From an uncultured delta proteobacterium (GTDB lineage: Bacteria > Myxococcota_A > Polyangia > Fen-1088): a stretch of 64,000 nt of DNA. The stretch covers positions 192,001 to 256,000 of the forward strand of contig CAVTRY010000011.1 of the NCBI GenBank assembly GCA_963737265.1. The letters run 5' to 3'. Below are positions 29,208 through 38,745 of this stretch, piece by piece; positions within the stretch are counted from its first letter, which is position 1; every line of letters begins with the position of its first letter. The notes below the pieces were generated by a model, which did not search any database, was not told the DNA's origin, and saw only the letters and a program-made list of their open reading frames with translations. The position numbers were made by a program, and so were the translations under genes.

Positions 29208-30728
29208 CTAGTGCGCGACCGAGTCCTCCTCCACAAGCGCGGGAGGGCTCGTCTTGGGCAGATCGAGGGTGAAGACCACGCGAGCATCGGCCCACGTCGA
29301 AACGCCGAGCGTGCCGCCCATCATGCGAACCAGTTCGCGCGACGCCCACAGCTCGACGGTCATGCGTTCGTAGTCAGACTCGCCAAAAGGACCGAAGGGC
29401 ATGGTGCGCACGCGTTCGCCGCTTTCCGACAGCACGGCCACGGGGGGCAGTCGAAATTCAAGCCGAATACGAACGAATTGACCGAGATCGTCGAAGCGCA
29501 ACTGGACACCGGTATCGTAGCCCTGGCCGCGCGCGGTGCGAATCAGGCAATAGAAGAGCCGGGTGAGCCGCAGCCTGTCCCACGAGCCGCGGATTTGTCC
29601 CGCGCCTTCCAAGAGGACATCGGCAGGTATTTCTGTTTGGTCGTCCTTGAGCTCCGCGATGGCCGCGTTGGCGACGGCGACGATGTCGAGCTCCTCGGGC
29701 CGAAGCACAACTTGCATTTGAAGGAAGCCGGAGATTTCCTCGAGGCCGCGGGCGAGACGCATCATCGACGACAAGTGTTCGCTGCACGTCTCCAGGGTAT
29801 CGTGGCCGGGTGTCAGACGTTGGTCGTTCGCCAGCTCGCCAAGGAGGCCCCACATGGCGGGCAGCGGACGTGACAGCCACCGACCGGCGGTGATGAGGAG
29901 ACGGTCGCGCGCTTCGATGGCGCGGGTAAGCGCGGCAACATGCCTTCGGTAAGCAGCCTCGCGCTTCCCGAGGCGCGATCCTTCGACGATCAAGGCAGCG
30001 CTTTCCGCTTCGAGAAACGCGCGACTCTCCGCGGTCTCGAGAATGTTGTTCACCATCCACGCGATGCGTTCGGCTCCGCCCGTGGCGGGCGCTTTGCCGG
30101 TAGGCTTGAAAAATGGATTGTGGCACAGGCGTCCCGCCACGATAGCGACCTCATGGGTGGCCAACGCCACCTCCAAGCACGAGGAATCAGCCATTCGCCG
30201 GTCAAAGGCACAAAGACCGGTGGCACGGCCTTCGTCGAGCAGCCCGCCAAACGAGGCCTCGAACGCCGCAAGTTGATCGTGATCTATCAACGCCCGCGTG
30301 CGCTCGTCGGGATCGCTCGCCACGCGCAATCCGGCGTACCCATCCGAGCGGGTTGCGCCGATGGCAGCGCGAATCGCGGCTGTCTGTTCGTCGGCATCGA
30401 ACCTCCTCAAGTGAGCGAGGTCGGCATCGGCGAACACCACCGCTTCGCCCTGGCGCAATGTGGCTCCGGGAACGCCTCTCGCCTCAAGGTGGCCGAGAAC
30501 AGCCGCGAAATGGTGCGAGTGACCCCAGTAGGCGCAACGTTCGCCGCGCCGAAGACCATCGTGCATGAATGCGGCGATCGCACTGTGATTCTCCCCGTCC
30601 TGTGAATACGGCAGGCAGACGTGCGACCCGGGTTTCAAGGACGGAAAATCATGTGGAGTTCCTTGCATCCTTGCTCCCATACCCCCAAAGTGGCGCGCTA
30701 AGCCACTGTGACTAGCGCAGTCGGTCAT
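29208..30728 (-). CDS. MEDS sensory domain fused to a degenerate histidine-kinase-like module
   Basis: HVCLPY..DGLRRGERC..GYAGLRV..LCAFD..THE..NPFF (MEDS); kinase-like scaffold GSWDRLRL..ELVRMMGGTL..FTLDLP. Start uncertain. Confidence 0.8.
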   Translation of the reverse strand: MTDCASHSGLARHFGGMGARMQGTPHDFPSLKPGSHVCLPYSQDGENHSAIAAFMHDGLRRGERCAYWGHSHHFAAVLGHLEARGVPGATLRQGEAVVFADADLAHLRRFDADEQTAAIRAAIGATRSDGYAGLRVASDPDERTRALIDHDQLAAFEASFGGLLDEGRATGLCAFDRRMADSSCLEVALATHEVAIVAGRLCHNPFFKPTGKAPATGGAERIAWMVNNILETAESRAFLEAESAALIVEGSRLGKREAAYRRHVAALTRAIEARDRLLITAGRWLSRPLPAMWGLLGELANDQRLTPGHDTLETCSEHLSSMMRLARGLEEISGFLQMQVVLRPEELDIVAVANAAIAELKDDQTEIPADVLLEGAGQIRGSWDRLRLTRLFYCLIRTARGQGYDTGVQLRFDDLGQFVRIRLEFRLPPVAVLSESGERVRTMPFGPFGESDYERMTVELWASRELVRMMGGTLGVSTWADARVVFTLDLPKTSPPALVEEDSVAH

Positions 30729-30812
30729 GTGGCCTGCGCAACCGACCAGTATTTCGATTATCGGGGAACTCGGTTACATTGGTTAAGCACGGAACCCAGG
30801 AGAGGGCAATTG

Positions 30813-31391
30813 TCAAGTTATCGACAGTCCCCGTTTTTCTGTCTGGCTGCGGGCTTCGAGCGCTTTCATGGCCTCGCTCATGCCCTTGGTGGCCGACGGA
30901 ATGTCGATGACGGTCAGCCGCTCCAGCCAAGCGCCGCTCTGTCGCTGGTTTTGGTCGAGAACGGAGATGAGCTCACGCATGGCCTGCTCTGCCGGAATGC
31001 TGTCGATGTCGCGGCCGGGAAGTGCAATGGCGAGTGACGACACGCTGATCCCGTGCAGCGTCTTGAGAACGCTATCCACGGCGTTGCGGAATTCAACTTC
31101 TGAAAATGCTTGCGAGTCCCCCACGCCCACAACCAGAACGCGCTTCCACGGAATTCGGCTATTCGCGAGAAGAAGCTTTTCGCCGGCCGTGCCCGCCACT
31201 CGGCCTTCGCGGATCATCTTGGACAGCCTGCCGCACAGTCGCCAGTCGAGCAGCCCGGTGGCTCCGCGAAGAGGTCGGATGTCGGTCCACACGGGCACGA
31301 CCAGCACATCGGCGATCGGACCGAGATCCCACCGATGCAGATCCACGGGTAGGTAGGTGATTGGAAAAGGCAGCAAGGCCGACGACCTCAC
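30813..31391 (-). CDS. Stand-alone leucyl aminopeptidase (M17) N-terminal-like domain protein
   Basis: DIRPLRGATGLLDWRLCGRLS, GEKLL, RVLVVGVG; no catalytic domain. Confidence 0.75.
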   Translation of the reverse strand: MRSSALLPFPITYLPVDLHRWDLGPIADVLVVPVWTDIRPLRGATGLLDWRLCGRLSKMIREGRVAGTAGEKLLLANSRIPWKRVLVVGVGDSQAFSEVEFRNAVDSVLKTLHGISVSSLAIALPGRDIDSIPAEQAMRELISVLDQNQRQSGAWLERLTVIDIPSATKGMSEAMKALEARSQTEKRGLSIT

Positions 31392-31401
31392 CTCACGCTA
31401 G

Positions 31402-31890
31402 CTAGGGACGTTGGCCGAGAAGCTCCAAGGCCGAGTCGAGCAGACCGTTGACGAAGGCAGGGGCTTCCTCGGCGCCGAAGCGCTTGGCCAATTCGATGGC
31501 TTCGCTCAAAGCAACCCGGGCGGGCGTGTCTTTGCGATGGGCCAGCTCGTAGACCCCGATGCGCAGAATGGTTCGATCCACGCGTGCCAGCCTCTCCACG
31601 CGCCACTTGCGCGAGAGTCGCGCCAGCATTTCGTCGATTTCGGGGCGATGGCTGCAGACGCCGCGAATCAAGTCGATGGCCAGATGTTCGTCGAAGGGCG
31701 CGATGGGCGCGGCATCGCTTTCGGCTGCGTAGCCGGAAACGGGCTCGGGCGTGAGATCGGTCTCTTCCTCGGGCACGCCGAACTGATGCAGGTGCTCGGC
31801 GAGCACGGCGCCCGGATCGACGGGTTCGACCCCATCCAGGGCGTAGAGCACCTGCATGGCGACGCAGCGGGCGCGGCGGCGTGGAGTCAT
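31402..31890 (-). CDS. nusB: Transcription antitermination factor NusB
   Basis: RRRARCVAMQVLY, WRVERLARVDRTILR, EAIELAKRFG, FVNGLLD; follows ribH. Confidence 0.95.
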   Translation of the reverse strand: MTPRRRARCVAMQVLYALDGVEPVDPGAVLAEHLHQFGVPEEETDLTPEPVSGYAAESDAAPIAPFDEHLAIDLIRGVCSHRPEIDEMLARLSRKWRVERLARVDRTILRIGVYELAHRKDTPARVALSEAIELAKRFGAEEAPAFVNGLLDSALELLGQRP

Positions 31891-31912
31891 TTCTCTCGCG
31901 TCATCTTGCGCG

Positions 31913-32428
31913 TCATTTCTTGCGTGACTTGGCCAGCGGCGCGGCTTCGCCCTTGGCGTCCCCGGCGAGCGCGGCATACAGGTTTGCCATCTCGATAGCC
32001 GCCATGGTCGCATCCGACCCGCGGTTGCCGCCCTTGCTGCCCGAGCGTTCGATGGCCTGTTCGATGCTGTCGCAGGTGAGCACGCCGAAGCCGATGGCCA
32101 GCTTGGCCTCGGCGGCGATGCTGGCGATGCCGCGCGTGGTCTGATTGACCACCACATCGAAATGCGGTGTGGCCCCGCGAATCACCACACCCAGGCACAC
32201 CAGTGCGTCGAACTTTCCCGAGTCCGCCACCCGGCGTGCAAGGCCCGTCAGCTCGAAGGCTCCGGGGCAGCGAAAAACCTCGACGTCGTCGTCGACGGCA
32301 CCGGTCTTGGCCAGGGCATCGAGAGCGCCTTCGATGAGCTTGTCCGCGATGAACTCGTTCCAGCGCGAGGCGATGATGGCGAAACGCTTGCCTTTGGCGC
32401 TCCAGGTACCTTGGTGGATATGGGGCAT
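31913..32428 (-). CDS. ribH: 6,7-dimethyl-8-ribityllumazine synthase
   Basis: SRWNEFI, PGAFEL, GVVIRGATPHFD, FGVLT, QAIERSGSKGGNRG. Confidence 0.97.
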   Translation of the reverse strand: MPHIHQGTWSAKGKRFAIIASRWNEFIADKLIEGALDALAKTGAVDDDVEVFRCPGAFELTGLARRVADSGKFDALVCLGVVIRGATPHFDVVVNQTTRGIASIAAEAKLAIGFGVLTCDSIEQAIERSGSKGGNRGSDATMAAIEMANLYAALAGDAKGEAAPLAKSRKK

Positions 32429-33595
32429 TTAGTGGGCCTCTCTTTCGTGCAGCGACACCACATCGGCCGGTGGACCGCTTGGGACGCATTCGACAACGTG
32501 TATACCGTAACCCTCGATCCCCGCTAGTCTGCGCGGATTGTTGGTGAGCAATCGGATCGATTTGATCCCGAGGTGGACGAGAACTTGCGAGCCCAGCCCG
32601 ATGTCCCGCAGTGGCGCACTCGCGGGCTCGTTGCCGGTGGTTGCGGCGCCCAATTCGGAGGCGAAGGAGTGGCCGGCGCGCGGCAGGATGTAGAGCAGAA
32701 TTCCGCGGCCTTCACTTTCGATGCGGCGAAGCCAGTCGGTCGCGGGAATCGTGTCGCCGGGACGCACGACGGAGAAGATGTCGCGCAGGAGGTTGGCAAC
32801 CTGGACGCGTACCAGCACCGGGTCGTCGGTCGAAACATCACCGAGAGCGAGCACGAGGTACTCGGCGTCTTCCACCTCGCTGCCGAAAAGGAAGGCTTTG
32901 TAGGTCGCGTGCAGGCCGTGCCGGTTCGGCTTGATTTCCGTCTCGGCCAGCTGACGGACAAGCAACTCGCGCGCCATTCGGTATTGAATGAGATCCGAGA
33001 TTTGCACGATGCCAAGACCGTGATGAGAGGCGAATGATTCGAGATCCGCGACGCGCGCCATCTCGCCGTCTTCGCGCATGATCTCGCAGATGACTCCGGC
33101 GGGCGTGCGGCCGGCGAGGCGCGCCAGATCGACCGCGCCCTCGGTGTGACCCGAGCGCACCAAGACGCCGCCGCGCTTGGCCCGCAAGGGGAAGATGTGC
33201 CCGGGGGTAACCAGATCGTCGGGATTCACCTCGGGCGCCACCGCGACCCGGATGGTGTGGGCACGCTCGCGTGCCGAGATCCCGGTGCTGATGCCGCATC
33301 GGGCGTCGATGCTGACGGTGAACGCGGTGCCGTGAGGCGAGCGGTTGTCCTGGGTCATCATCGGCAGGCGCAACTCTTCGACCTTGGTCTCGCTCAGGGC
33401 GAGACAGATGAGCCCGCGGCCGTGGCTGGCCATGAAGTTGATCGCATCTGGCGTGACCAGATCGGCGGCCATGGTCAGGTCGCCCTCATTCTCGCGGTCT
33501 TCGTCGTCGACAACGATAACGATTTTGCCGGCGCGGATGTTTTCGATGGCCTGGTCGACAGAAATGTGCGGACTAGCGGGCATGGATCCTTTCAC
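32429..33595 (-). CDS. ribB: DHBP synthase with degenerate GTP cyclohydrolase II domain (RibBX-like)
   Basis: [34 protein letters not shown]. The C-terminal domain lacks the Zn-binding cysteines. Confidence 0.93.
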   Translation of the reverse strand: MKGSMPASPHISVDQAIENIRAGKIVIVVDDEDRENEGDLTMAADLVTPDAINFMASHGRGLICLALSETKVEELRLPMMTQDNRSPHGTAFTVSIDARCGISTGISARERAHTIRVAVAPEVNPDDLVTPGHIFPLRAKRGGVLVRSGHTEGAVDLARLAGRTPAGVICEIMREDGEMARVADLESFASHHGLGIVQISDLIQYRMARELLVRQLAETEIKPNRHGLHATYKAFLFGSEVEDAEYLVLALGDVSTDDPVLVRVQVANLLRDIFSVVRPGDTIPATDWLRRIESEGRGILLYILPRAGHSFASELGAATTGNEPASAPLRDIGLGSQVLVHLGIKSIRLLTNNPRRLAGIEGYGIHVVECVPSGPPADVVSLHEREAH

Positions 33596-34197
33596 CGGGT
33601 CCTTTCGACGAAACGAGCGATCTGTTTAGCAATCATGTCGGCTTCGAGATTGACACTACCACCGGCGCGAAGCTCGCCGAGAAGAGTAACCTCCAACGTA
33701 TGAGGAATTAGCAAGACCTCGAAGGTCGCGCCCTTGACGTCGTTGATGGTCAGACTGACACCGTCGATGGCAATCGAGCCCTTCTTGAACAGAAACGAAA
33801 CGATCTCGTTCGGCGCGGTCACGCGCAGGGCAAGCGTGCCGCCGTGCTTGCGAGCCGCCTCGACGCGTCCGGTTCCGTCGATGTGGCCGCTGACCATGTG
33901 GCCGCCGAGTGAATCGCCGAGGCGAAGTGCTCGTTCGAGATGCACGCGGGCGCCGGGCCCGAGGCCGCCGAGAGTGGTGCAGGCGATGGTCTCCTGGCCC
34001 AAGTCGGCCTGAAACATGGCTGGACGTCCCGGCCTGCGCGCTACGATGGTGAGGCAGGCGCCATTCATGGCAATGCTAGCACCGATGGGCAGCGTGCCCA
34101 CGTCGAGCGTGGTCTTGACGGTCAGTCGGCGAGTGCCGCCGGTCCCCGCGCGTGAGGATTCGACCTTGCCTATGCCTTCGACGATGCCAGTGAACAC
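33592..34197 (-). CDS. ribE: Riboflavin synthase
   Basis: [49 protein letters not shown]. Confidence 0.97.
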   Translation of the reverse strand: MFTGIVEGIGKVESSRAGTGGTRRLTVKTTLDVGTLPIGASIAMNGACLTIVARRPGRPAMFQADLGQETIACTTLGGLGPGARVHLERALRLGDSLGGHMVSGHIDGTGRVEAARKHGGTLALRVTAPNEIVSFLFKKGSIAIDGVSLTINDVKGATFEVLLIPHTLEVTLLGELRAGGSVNLEADMIAKQIARFVERTR

Positions 34198-34226
34198 GGA
34201 AACACGTTTGAGTTCGATTCTTGTCG

Positions 34227-35396
34227 TTACTTGTGGCGGCGTTGCCCAGGGTCGATGACGTCCGCGGTGAGAAGGATGTCGTCGCCGAGAGCGCGGACCG
34301 AAATGGGACCGAGCTTGGCTGGGTTGCGCCAGTCAAGACCGTGTCCTTCTACGACGGGGACACCGGATCCCACAAGGCGCGGCGCGAGAAATAGGGCAAC
34401 GGAATCCACCAGTCCGGCGCTGATGAACGCGCCATGGATTTGGCTACCACCCTCCACCAGTAGCGACTGGACCTCGCGGCCGGCAAGCAGGCGCAGGAGC
34501 GCGGGCAGGGCAACGCGGCCGTCTTTCGTGGCGGCGACAAAGTCTATCTCGGCGCCGGCGGATTCGAGCTTGCGCTGGCGCGCGGCAAGCGCGCGGTCGG
34601 CTTGCCCGGGCTGGGCGGCCACGATCAGCGGCGCCTGGCCGCGCGATTGGCGGAGGAATTCCGCTGTCGGTTTCGTGCGCAGCCGACTGTCGAGAACGAC
34701 ACACAACGGATCGCGCCTTTTGTCGCGCTTTCGCTGTTTTTGACGAGCCGTCAAGCGCGGATCGTCCGCAAGGATCGTTCCGACACCCACCAGGATGGCA
34801 TCGTGCTCGGCGCGCATGACGTGGGCGTATGCGCGGGCCGTGCTGCCCGTGATCCAGCGTTCGTTGCCCGCGCGCTGCTTTTCCTTGCGGTCGCCGATGA
34901 AGCCGTCGAGGGTGGCCGCCACCTTAACCGTCGTCCACGGTCGCCTGGTGCGGATCCAGGCAAAAAAGGCACGGTTCTGGTGGCGGCATTCGTCCTTGAG
35001 GCAGCCGGCATCCACGCGCACGCCTGCCCGGCGTAGAAGGGCAATGCCACGGCCGCTCACCAGTGGGTTCTCGTCGCAGCAGCCGACCACCACACGCCCG
35101 ATGCCCGAGCCAAGGATGGAATCGGTGCAAGGTCCGGTGCGCCCCTCGTGGCAGCACGGCTCTAAGGTTACGTACAGCGTGGCTCCTTGCGCGCGCATCC
35201 CCACTTGCGAGAGTGCCTCGATTTCCGCGTGGGGCAGGCCGGCGCGGCGATGAAAGCCTCGCGCCAGCACCTTGCCGTCCTTGACCAGCAGCGCGCCCAC
35301 CACGGGATTGGGCCGTGTGAATCCGCGACCGCGCTCGGCGAGGCGCAAGGCTGCGCGCATAGAGCGGCGATCGTCGTCGCTGAATTGGGTGGTCAC
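34227..35396 (-). CDS. ribD: Bifunctional deaminase/reductase RibD
   Basis: PNPVVG, HAE, TLEPCCHEGRTGPC, ATLDG, WITG, DDPRLTAR, LLVEGG. Confidence 0.97.
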   Translation of the reverse strand: MTTQFSDDDRRSMRAALRLAERGRGFTRPNPVVGALLVKDGKVLARGFHRRAGLPHAEIEALSQVGMRAQGATLYVTLEPCCHEGRTGPCTDSILGSGIGRVVVGCCDENPLVSGRGIALLRRAGVRVDAGCLKDECRHQNRAFFAWIRTRRPWTTVKVAATLDGFIGDRKEKQRAGNERWITGSTARAYAHVMRAEHDAILVGVGTILADDPRLTARQKQRKRDKRRDPLCVVLDSRLRTKPTAEFLRQSRGQAPLIVAAQPGQADRALAARQRKLESAGAEIDFVAATKDGRVALPALLRLLAGREVQSLLVEGGSQIHGAFISAGLVDSVALFLAPRLVGSGVPVVEGHGLDWRNPAKLGPISVRALGDDILLTADVIDPGQRRHK

Positions 35397-35860
35397 GCGC
35401 CCTCGGACTTCGAGCGCATGAGCCGTTGCACTTCGTGCATGATCTCACCCGCGTCTTTAAGTGACAGGTACACCGAGGCGAAGCGCAAGTAGGCGACGTC
35501 GTCGATGTCGCGCAGTCGCGAAAGCACGGCGTCGCCGATCTTCGAGGATGGAATCTCCTTGTCGCCGAACTCGCGCAACGTCCGCTCAATCTCGTCCGCC
35601 ACCAGATCGATGCGCGCGGCGGAAACCGGACGTTTTTCGCAGGCCTTCTGCAGACCACTCAAAACCTTGGCGCGGTCATACGGTTCGCGGCGCGCGTCCT
35701 TCTTCACCACCAAAGGCAGCGCTTCCTCGACGCGCTCGTGGGTGGTGAAACGCCGTCCGCACCCGATGCACTCCCGCCTGCGACGAATCATTTGTTCGTC
35801 TTCCGACGGCCGTGTATCCACGACCTTGTCTTCGGTGGCGAAGCAAAATGGACAACGCAT
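35393..35860 (-). CDS. nrdR: Transcriptional repressor NrdR
   Basis: MRCPFC, IRRRRECIGCGRRFTTHE, ATP cone, VAYLRFASVY. Confidence 0.98.
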   Translation of the reverse strand: MRCPFCFATEDKVVDTRPSEDEQMIRRRRECIGCGRRFTTHERVEEALPLVVKKDARREPYDRAKVLSGLQKACEKRPVSAARIDLVADEIERTLREFGDKEIPSSKIGDAVLSRLRDIDDVAYLRFASVYLSLKDAGEIMHEVQRLMRSKSEGA

Positions 35861-36265
35861 GATGATTGATCCGATAGCTTTCTATCATCCCACCAACGGT
35901 GTTTCGCCGTTTTCTTGCCCGGCCAAGCGTTGATGCCGCCAACGTGCGCATTCCAGCACGGCGTCGGTTTTTCGTGGCCAGATGCGGCATTCCGTCTCAT
36001 GGGTCCGGCAGAATGTGGCGGCGAACACGTCCATCCACACTTCGTGTGATTCCTTACGGAGTGATTTGCGCCTGAAGTGCGCTCTCCCTCGGTCATTGAA
36101 AATTAAGGTAATTCAATTCCTGAATCGGTGCGTCCGCACATTGAGTTGGCGAAATGGACGCGACAAGCCTGGCGCTTGACAGAGGCACCAGGAATCGTAG
36201 TCTGACGCCGTCCGGACCCTGTTGGGGCGCGCCGGAGTAGCACAGTTTGTTTGTAGGAGGACTGC

Positions 36266-36481
36266 ATGGCAACTGGCAAGGTAAAATGGTTCAGTGACGC
36301 CAAGGGGTACGGTTTTATTGCACGCGATGGGGAGGATGACGTTTTCGTCCATTACTCGGCGATCGAGTCCGAGGGGTATCGGTCTTTGAGCCAGGGGCAG
36401 ACAGTGGAGTTCGAGATCACCAAAGGGCCGAAGGGACTTCAGGCCACCAACGTGAAGACACAGGAAGCACAACAGAGCTGA
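36266..36481 (+). CDS. Cold-shock protein
   Basis: [31 protein letters not shown]; GGAGG RBS. Confidence 0.97.
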   Translation: MATGKVKWFSDAKGYGFIARDGEDDVFVHYSAIESEGYRSLSQGQTVEFEITKGPKGLQATNVKTQEAQQS

Positions 36482-36520
36482 CAGCACGACGGAGAACAGC
36501 GGAACGTACTGCCGATCCAG

Positions 36521-36581
36521 TCTGTCTTCCTGTCTGTCTTCCTGTCTTCTTCCTGTCCTCTACCTGTCTTCTACCTGTCTT
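36521..36581. repeat. Degenerate tandem repeat (CTGTCTT / CTACCTGTCTT units)
   Basis: About 6 imperfect copies of CTGTCTT; the last includes the sigma gene's terminal codons. Confidence 0.7.
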
Positions 36582-37647
36582 CGCCTTGCCAGGTCATCTG
36601 GATGTCTGCGCCAAGGTCGGCGATCACGCGATCGCGGAATTGCTTCTTGAGCTTCTCCGCGATTTGCCCCATGCGTTGCTTCGAGACGCCGTAGCGCTCG
36701 CCTAAGGCCGCGAGTGCGATGGGGTCGGCTGCCGTGGGCGCCAGGTGTTCACGCCAGATCGCGAGCTGGCGCTCGTCGGTGAGCTTGCCTTCGAAGTCGT
36801 CCATCAGCTTGCGGATGACGTGGGAAAGCTCGTGGCGCGCCGCTTGATCCTCGGGCGAAGCTTCCGGGCGAGCGATGCGTTCGGAGAGCGAAATGCCGTC
36901 CTCGTCGGGCCGTGGCTCTAGCGAGACCTCGCGCGAGGCGAGGTGTCCCGACACCTCGATGATGTCGGCTTCGTCCACATCCAGCTTGGCCGCGAGCAGC
37001 TTGGGCGTGGGATCGAACCCCGCCGCCAGCAGCTTTTGCCGTTCCTTCTCCAGTCGGAAAAACAGTTTGCGGCCGGCGCGCGTGTTGCCGACGTGGATAA
37101 GGCGCACGTTGGTCATGAGGAAGCGCAGCATGTAGGCGCGGATCCAGTACGCGGCGTAGGAGCCGAATCGCGTGCCGACCTCGGGATCCCAGCGCCGCAC
37201 GGCCTCCATGAGACCAACCGATCCTTCTTGAAATAGATCGAGCACGTTGAGCCAGGCTTGCCGGTACTGATAGGCGATGGCGACGACCAGACGCAGATTG
37301 TGGACTACCAGCTTGCGAGCGGCGTCGAGGTCGCCGCGGTCGCGCGCGCTACGTCCGAGCTCGCGCTCTTCGTTTTCGTCGAGGCGCGCGTGGCGGCGAG
37401 CTTCTTCGACGAAACGCCGCACCGGATCGCGGAAGGTGACGAGATGCTTCTCCGGTGCGGGCAGGATGCGATCGAGCGCGGTTTCTTCGACCGGTGACGG
37501 CACATCTGGCGGCGCGTCCGACGGATCGGACAACAAAAGATCAGCCGCGCCCGCGTCTTCGTCGGAGACCAGCACCGAATTTTCCCGATCATGCGCGACC
37601 GGTTCGTCGGACGGAGGGGCGACCTTGGGGGCTCGCGGGCGTCGCAT
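36571..37647 (-). CDS. RNA polymerase sigma factor, sigma-32/RpoH-like
   Basis: LVVHNLRLVV, DLFQEGSVGLMEAV, YAAYWIRAY, RpoH-box-like TRAGRKLFFRL, region 4 YGVSKQRMGQI. Confidence 0.9.
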   Translation of the reverse strand: MRRPRAPKVAPPSDEPVAHDRENSVLVSDEDAGAADLLLSDPSDAPPDVPSPVEETALDRILPAPEKHLVTFRDPVRRFVEEARRHARLDENEERELGRSARDRGDLDAARKLVVHNLRLVVAIAYQYRQAWLNVLDLFQEGSVGLMEAVRRWDPEVGTRFGSYAAYWIRAYMLRFLMTNVRLIHVGNTRAGRKLFFRLEKERQKLLAAGFDPTPKLLAAKLDVDEADIIEVSGHLASREVSLEPRPDEDGISLSERIARPEASPEDQAARHELSHVIRKLMDDFEGKLTDERQLAIWREHLAPTAADPIALAALGERYGVSKQRMGQIAEKLKKQFRDRVIADLGADIQMTWQGEDR

Positions 37648-37651
37648 GGTG

Positions 37652-38701
37652 CTAGCCAAACATTGCTCGCAGAACGGCATCGTTCTGCTCGGCAGTGCCG
37701 ATGGTGATGCGCAGTTTGTCCGACAGCCCCGGTTTGTCGAAGAAGCGCACCAAGATTCCTTGGGACTTGAGCCGTCGATAGACGTCCGCGGCGTTACCGT
37801 CCGGGCAACCGACGAGAATGAAATTGGCTTGGCTCGGGATGACGTCGTAGCCGCGCTTGCCGAGCTCGCTGGTCAATCGGCCGCGCTCGGCGCGTACCGC
37901 CTGCCAGGACCGCCGCGCGTAGGCCTGGTCTTCAAGAGCCGCGGTGGCCGCCAGAATGGAAATGGCGTCGCAGTTGTAGCTGTCCTTCACTTTCATCATC
38001 TCGGCCACCGCCGCCGGTGCGGCGATGGCATAACCGAAGCGCAGGCCGGCTAGCGAGTAGCCTTTGCTGAAGGTTCGACAAAGGACGACGCTCGGCAAAT
38101 CCCGCACGAGGTCGAGGCAGGATTCGTCGGCGAAGTCGACGTAGGCCTCGTCTACCAACAGCAGGCCGTCAAACGCCTTCGCCAGATCGCGCACGCGTGC
38201 CTTCTTCACCACCGTGCCCGTGGGCGCATTGGGGTTGGCGAAAAAAATCGCGCGCGCGCCGGTGGCGAGCAGGGCATCGACGGGCAATTGCCAATTGGGC
38301 TCCCAGGGAACAGTACGAACGCGATTCTCGCTGCCTTCGGCGAGCACGGGATAGAGCGAATAGGTTGGGTCCGGGTAGGCAAGGGTTTCGCCGGGCCCAA
38401 CGAAGGTCCGCATGGCGATGGCCAGGATTTCATCGCTGCCGTTGCCGGCGAGGATCATGTCGGGCGACACGCCGTGCACGCGGGCCGCGACCGCGCGAAA
38501 CGCATCCGCCTTGGGATTCGGATAGCGGCGCAGATGCTCGGGGTCGATGGTGCGGATGGCTTCCACCACCCGTGGGCTCGGCGGGAAGGGATTCTCGTTG
38601 GTGTTCAGTTTGATGACCCGTTCGCCAGGCCCGGGCTGCTCGCCTGGAACATAGGGCGCCATCTTGGCTACGTTGGGACGGGGTTTGGGCGTGCCGGACA
38701 T
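37652..38701 (-). CDS. hisC: Histidinol-phosphate aminotransferase
   Basis: KLNTNENP, GNGSDE, NPNAPTG, DEAYVDF, RTFSKGYSLAGLRFGY. Confidence 0.95.
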   Translation of the reverse strand: MSGTPKPRPNVAKMAPYVPGEQPGPGERVIKLNTNENPFPPSPRVVEAIRTIDPEHLRRYPNPKADAFRAVAARVHGVSPDMILAGNGSDEILAIAMRTFVGPGETLAYPDPTYSLYPVLAEGSENRVRTVPWEPNWQLPVDALLATGARAIFFANPNAPTGTVVKKARVRDLAKAFDGLLLVDEAYVDFADESCLDLVRDLPSVVLCRTFSKGYSLAGLRFGYAIAAPAAVAEMMKVKDSYNCDAISILAATAALEDQAYARRSWQAVRAERGRLTSELGKRGYDVIPSQANFILVGCPDGNAADVYRRLKSQGILVRFFDKPGLSDKLRITIGTAEQNDAVLRAMFG

Positions 38702-38745
38702 GAATACGCAGTATTTCGCACATTGCCCGCCCTGCCGCCAGGGTG

